DNA from: Eledone cirrhosa
Lineage: Eukaryota
DNA: 64,000 nucleotides
Assembly (NCBI GenBank): GCA_964016885.1
Contig: OZ024751.1
Location: 9,920,001-9,984,000, forward strand
Direction of reading: 5' to 3'
Positions within the stretch are counted from its first letter, which is position 1. Each line of letters starts with the position of its first letter. This document shows positions 60,820-64,000 of the stretch, piece after piece. The notes below the pieces were generated by a model, which searched no databases, was not told the origin of the DNA, and saw only the letters and a list, made by a program, of their open reading frames with translations. Both the position numbers and the translations under genes were made by a program.

Positions 60820-63800
60820 ATTGGCAACATGACCCTCCCAAAGTATAACAATATCGGTTTCAACACACGATTTCAGATAAAGAATCTTGCTAAACAAATT
60901 CAGAAACGAAATATCGTAAGCCTTAGCCAGGCTAACAAGATACTCAAAACCACCATGTTCTGTTGTCTACGAAAAACCATAGCATCTCGACAACTACACT
61001 TCATAAAAGAATGTGCCTCGTCCCGAGTTTACACCAACCCCATCAACACCGACGTAAGAAGATTACAACTCACCAAAAAACAAGCAGATAGGCTAAAACG
61101 AACACTAATTCTAAACATAAAAAAGAAGATCTATAGAGAATTAAGTCATCAAGAAAAACATAAGCGTACCCTAATACAAGAAATAGCTAGGATCACCACA
61201 CCAAGAGAGAAACTAATATTTATAAGCCTTATACGTCCTGAAGAACAGTACATTACTCAAGAATGTGATAAGCACTTTAACAAGAAACTAAAGTGGCTTA
61301 AGCAGATAAAGCTAAATCAGGATACTATAGAGAATACCAATAGATATCCCGACAAAATTGAAGGTATAAATATGGCCGACACCTCATTAACGGATGAGTT
61401 CAACAACAACAACAACACAAATATATACGGCAACACAATAATAGATAATGATGAGTTATCTGTATTATGTCTGCCCCCGCTATTTGCGACATTCAAGAAG
61501 GTAAATATGATTAGTTGTCTGTCAGAAATAGAAAAATCATTTACAAAACTACGCTGGAGCCTCAAAAACAAAAACAAAAACAAAAGCAACAATATACGCA
61601 CACACATATACAACACACATCCCAACAGCAACAGACACGAACAACAATAACAACAACACACACACCAACAACAACAACAATAATAGCTACCCAGAAACAA
61701 CAACAACAGACACACAGACACAAACAACAATAACAACACACACAACAATAATAACACACACGGAGACAACAACACACATCAACAACAGCACACATCAACA
61801 ACAACAACACACACACATTCAATGCCTCCCACCATCACCACAATCTTAACAAACACACAGACACAGAGAACAAGTAATGACAGTAGCACAGAAATCACAG
61901 AAATAAGGGAAAGCAATAGGATTAAAAGGAGAAGGGAGACTAAGGACAAAGAAAATAACCAAGACGAACACACAGACACACAAAATAGGGTAGATAACAA
62001 CAATGAGCCAGTGGAAAGAGACAGGAGTAATTATGAGAGACATAGAAACAACCATGAGGCTGTTGGTGGAAATAGAAATAGAAACAACACAACTAACAAT
62101 AACAATAGCACTAGTACACATAAAGCAGCAGCCTGGAACTCTATGTTTTATAATCCCCCCGATAAATCGTTCGACTTGCGACGAGTCCACGCCACGACTC
62201 TACCATTTAACAAACGCACGCAATTGCCGTCGCAGGTCGATGAACAAACAGAAGCACAATTTAGTATAGCTAGATCCGAACTTAGAAATATTATAGAACA
62301 GTATAGCAAGAAGCATAATAGAATGGAGGCCCAGCAACTGGGAGAAAAATCTGCAAATGGCTTGCGTAAGCTCATGCAGCGCTCGCGTAATGGAGAGATA
62401 GTATGCTTTCCAACAGACAAGTCTGGCAGAATGTCGGTTGACAGCCTGCCAAACTACGTCCAGGCAATGCAACCCCACATCACTAACACAAGAGAGGTAA
62501 CACCACAGGAGCATGAGGATAGAGAAAAAGCCCTCAATGCCCATATGGTGATGTGGACGAATATAATGCAGCCCAACAAAAGGACTGCCAACAACCTCCA
62601 GGCCTGGAACAATGACGTGCCGGCGTTGTATGGGCTTCGAAAAGACCATAAAACGGGCAGTGACCCTGTCACGGGACCACCAACACGGCCAGTCTGTGGA
62701 GCTAACATTGCTAGTAACTACAGACTGTCCTAATTCCTCTCCCTGATCATACGCCCCATCATTGAAATGTCCCCAGATGTATGTGACAGCACGGAGGACT
62801 TCCTCAGCAGAATCGGCGTGAGTAACCGATCTAGGGACCTAACAAACTGCATAATAGGTAGTATGGATGTTGTGTCCCTGTATCCATCTATTGACGTGGA
62901 TTTTGCTGTGGAAAAATGCGTAGAAATGATCAGTGAGAGCAAGGTTGAGTTCCGTGGGATTGATACCAGTGAGCTGGGACTCCTACTTAAACTTACCTAT
63001 AGTAATAATTACCTAGACACATATGACCTTAGCAACCTGTGCCCTACAAGACCAGCAAGAGGCAGACCACCTACCATTACCTCAATGGCCAAGAAAACCC
63101 ACACAGATAGATGGAACGGGTGGACCAGAGCCATACGGACACCCGAAAACCACGATGAACTGAAGAAAATGATTGCACATGCGGTAGGGGCCAGCATAAA
63201 ACTAACCCTTAAGGAACATATGTTCAAATTTAATGGAAAAACATATACCCAAGAGGAAGGAGCAGTCATTGGTGTTAGCATTGCAGGCGACATAGCTAAC
63301 TTATTCATGGTATGGTGGGACAGTAGACTTAAACTTAAACTTAAACTTAAAGAACAATTAGAAGACCCCTTAACCCTGATAATGTACTCCCGCTACGAGA
63401 ACAGTCAGGAACTAGAGAAAAACACAATGGAAAGCATCCAGCAAATAGCTAACTCCATCCAACAGAGCATTAGAGTTACTATAGACTACCCAAGTAAACA
63501 CCCCAACCATCGATTACCTGTACTAGACACAGAACTCTGGTTAGATACCATTAATAACAAAAAACAAATCCTCCATTCCCATTATGCCAAACCCATGACT
63601 TCCAAACATCTGATCCACCGAAACTCGGCCGTTTCGGACCATACCAAAATCAACATACTGTTTGGGGATTTGGTACGGGTGATGAGAAACGTGTCCCGCA
63701 TGTGCAACCCCGAAGAACTAGAGAGACACATACAACACTCCATCCACCGTATGCAGTTCTCTGGCTACAATCAGAGAGATAAAATCAGAGTGTATAGAGG

Positions 63801-64000
63801 AGCCAGAACTAAATGGGAAAAAATGGTAAATAATGACATAAATGGGACCTGCCCCTTGTATAGGAGCAAATTTTGGAATAGAATAGAAAGAACTAGGAAT
63901 AAGGCTAATAGAATAAACTCATGGTATGATAGCAATAAATACCAGAGTGTAATGTTCATCGATACAACCCCTAGAGGTGAATTAGCTTACAAATTTAGAA
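60820..64000 (+). mobile_element. PLE family A, 5'-complete copy running off the window end; defective
   Basis: ORF start [12 protein letters not shown].., FPTDKSGR, LYGLRKDHK..RPV, TAA at 62731-62733, RT VDD motif deleted; high identity to 33460-35150 (-). Confidence 0.93.

Overview
AT-rich eukaryotic DNA made almost entirely of repeats; I see no host gene. The SINE families and (TA)n/(CA)n density suggest an octopus-like cephalopod genome (inference). Contents: many microsatellites; several minisatellites (34, 29, 45/47 and ~93 bp units); two tRNA-derived SINE families; at least four families of decayed Penelope-like retroelements (PLEs, RT plus GIY-YIG, including Naiad-like and Neptune-like); Tx1-, R4/Dong- and RTE-type LINE fragments; two Tc1/pogo-type MITEs. 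The main signal, found by eye, is about 21 type-I hammerhead ribozyme (HHR) motifs in about 10 sequence families, in PLE pseudo-LTRs and in short non-coding elements set in (TA)n tracts. Several carry non-canonical cores: CAGAAGA in two unrelated families, a compensatory U3-A8 swap in two others, and U-U at the base of stem II. Many form head-to-head fold-back dimers with 3' ends facing outward, and one is a 302-bp tandem resembling a retrozyme. A candidate -1 frameshift site links the two ORFs of the Neptune-like PLE. No ribozyme activity or family assignment was computed; folds were paired manually.
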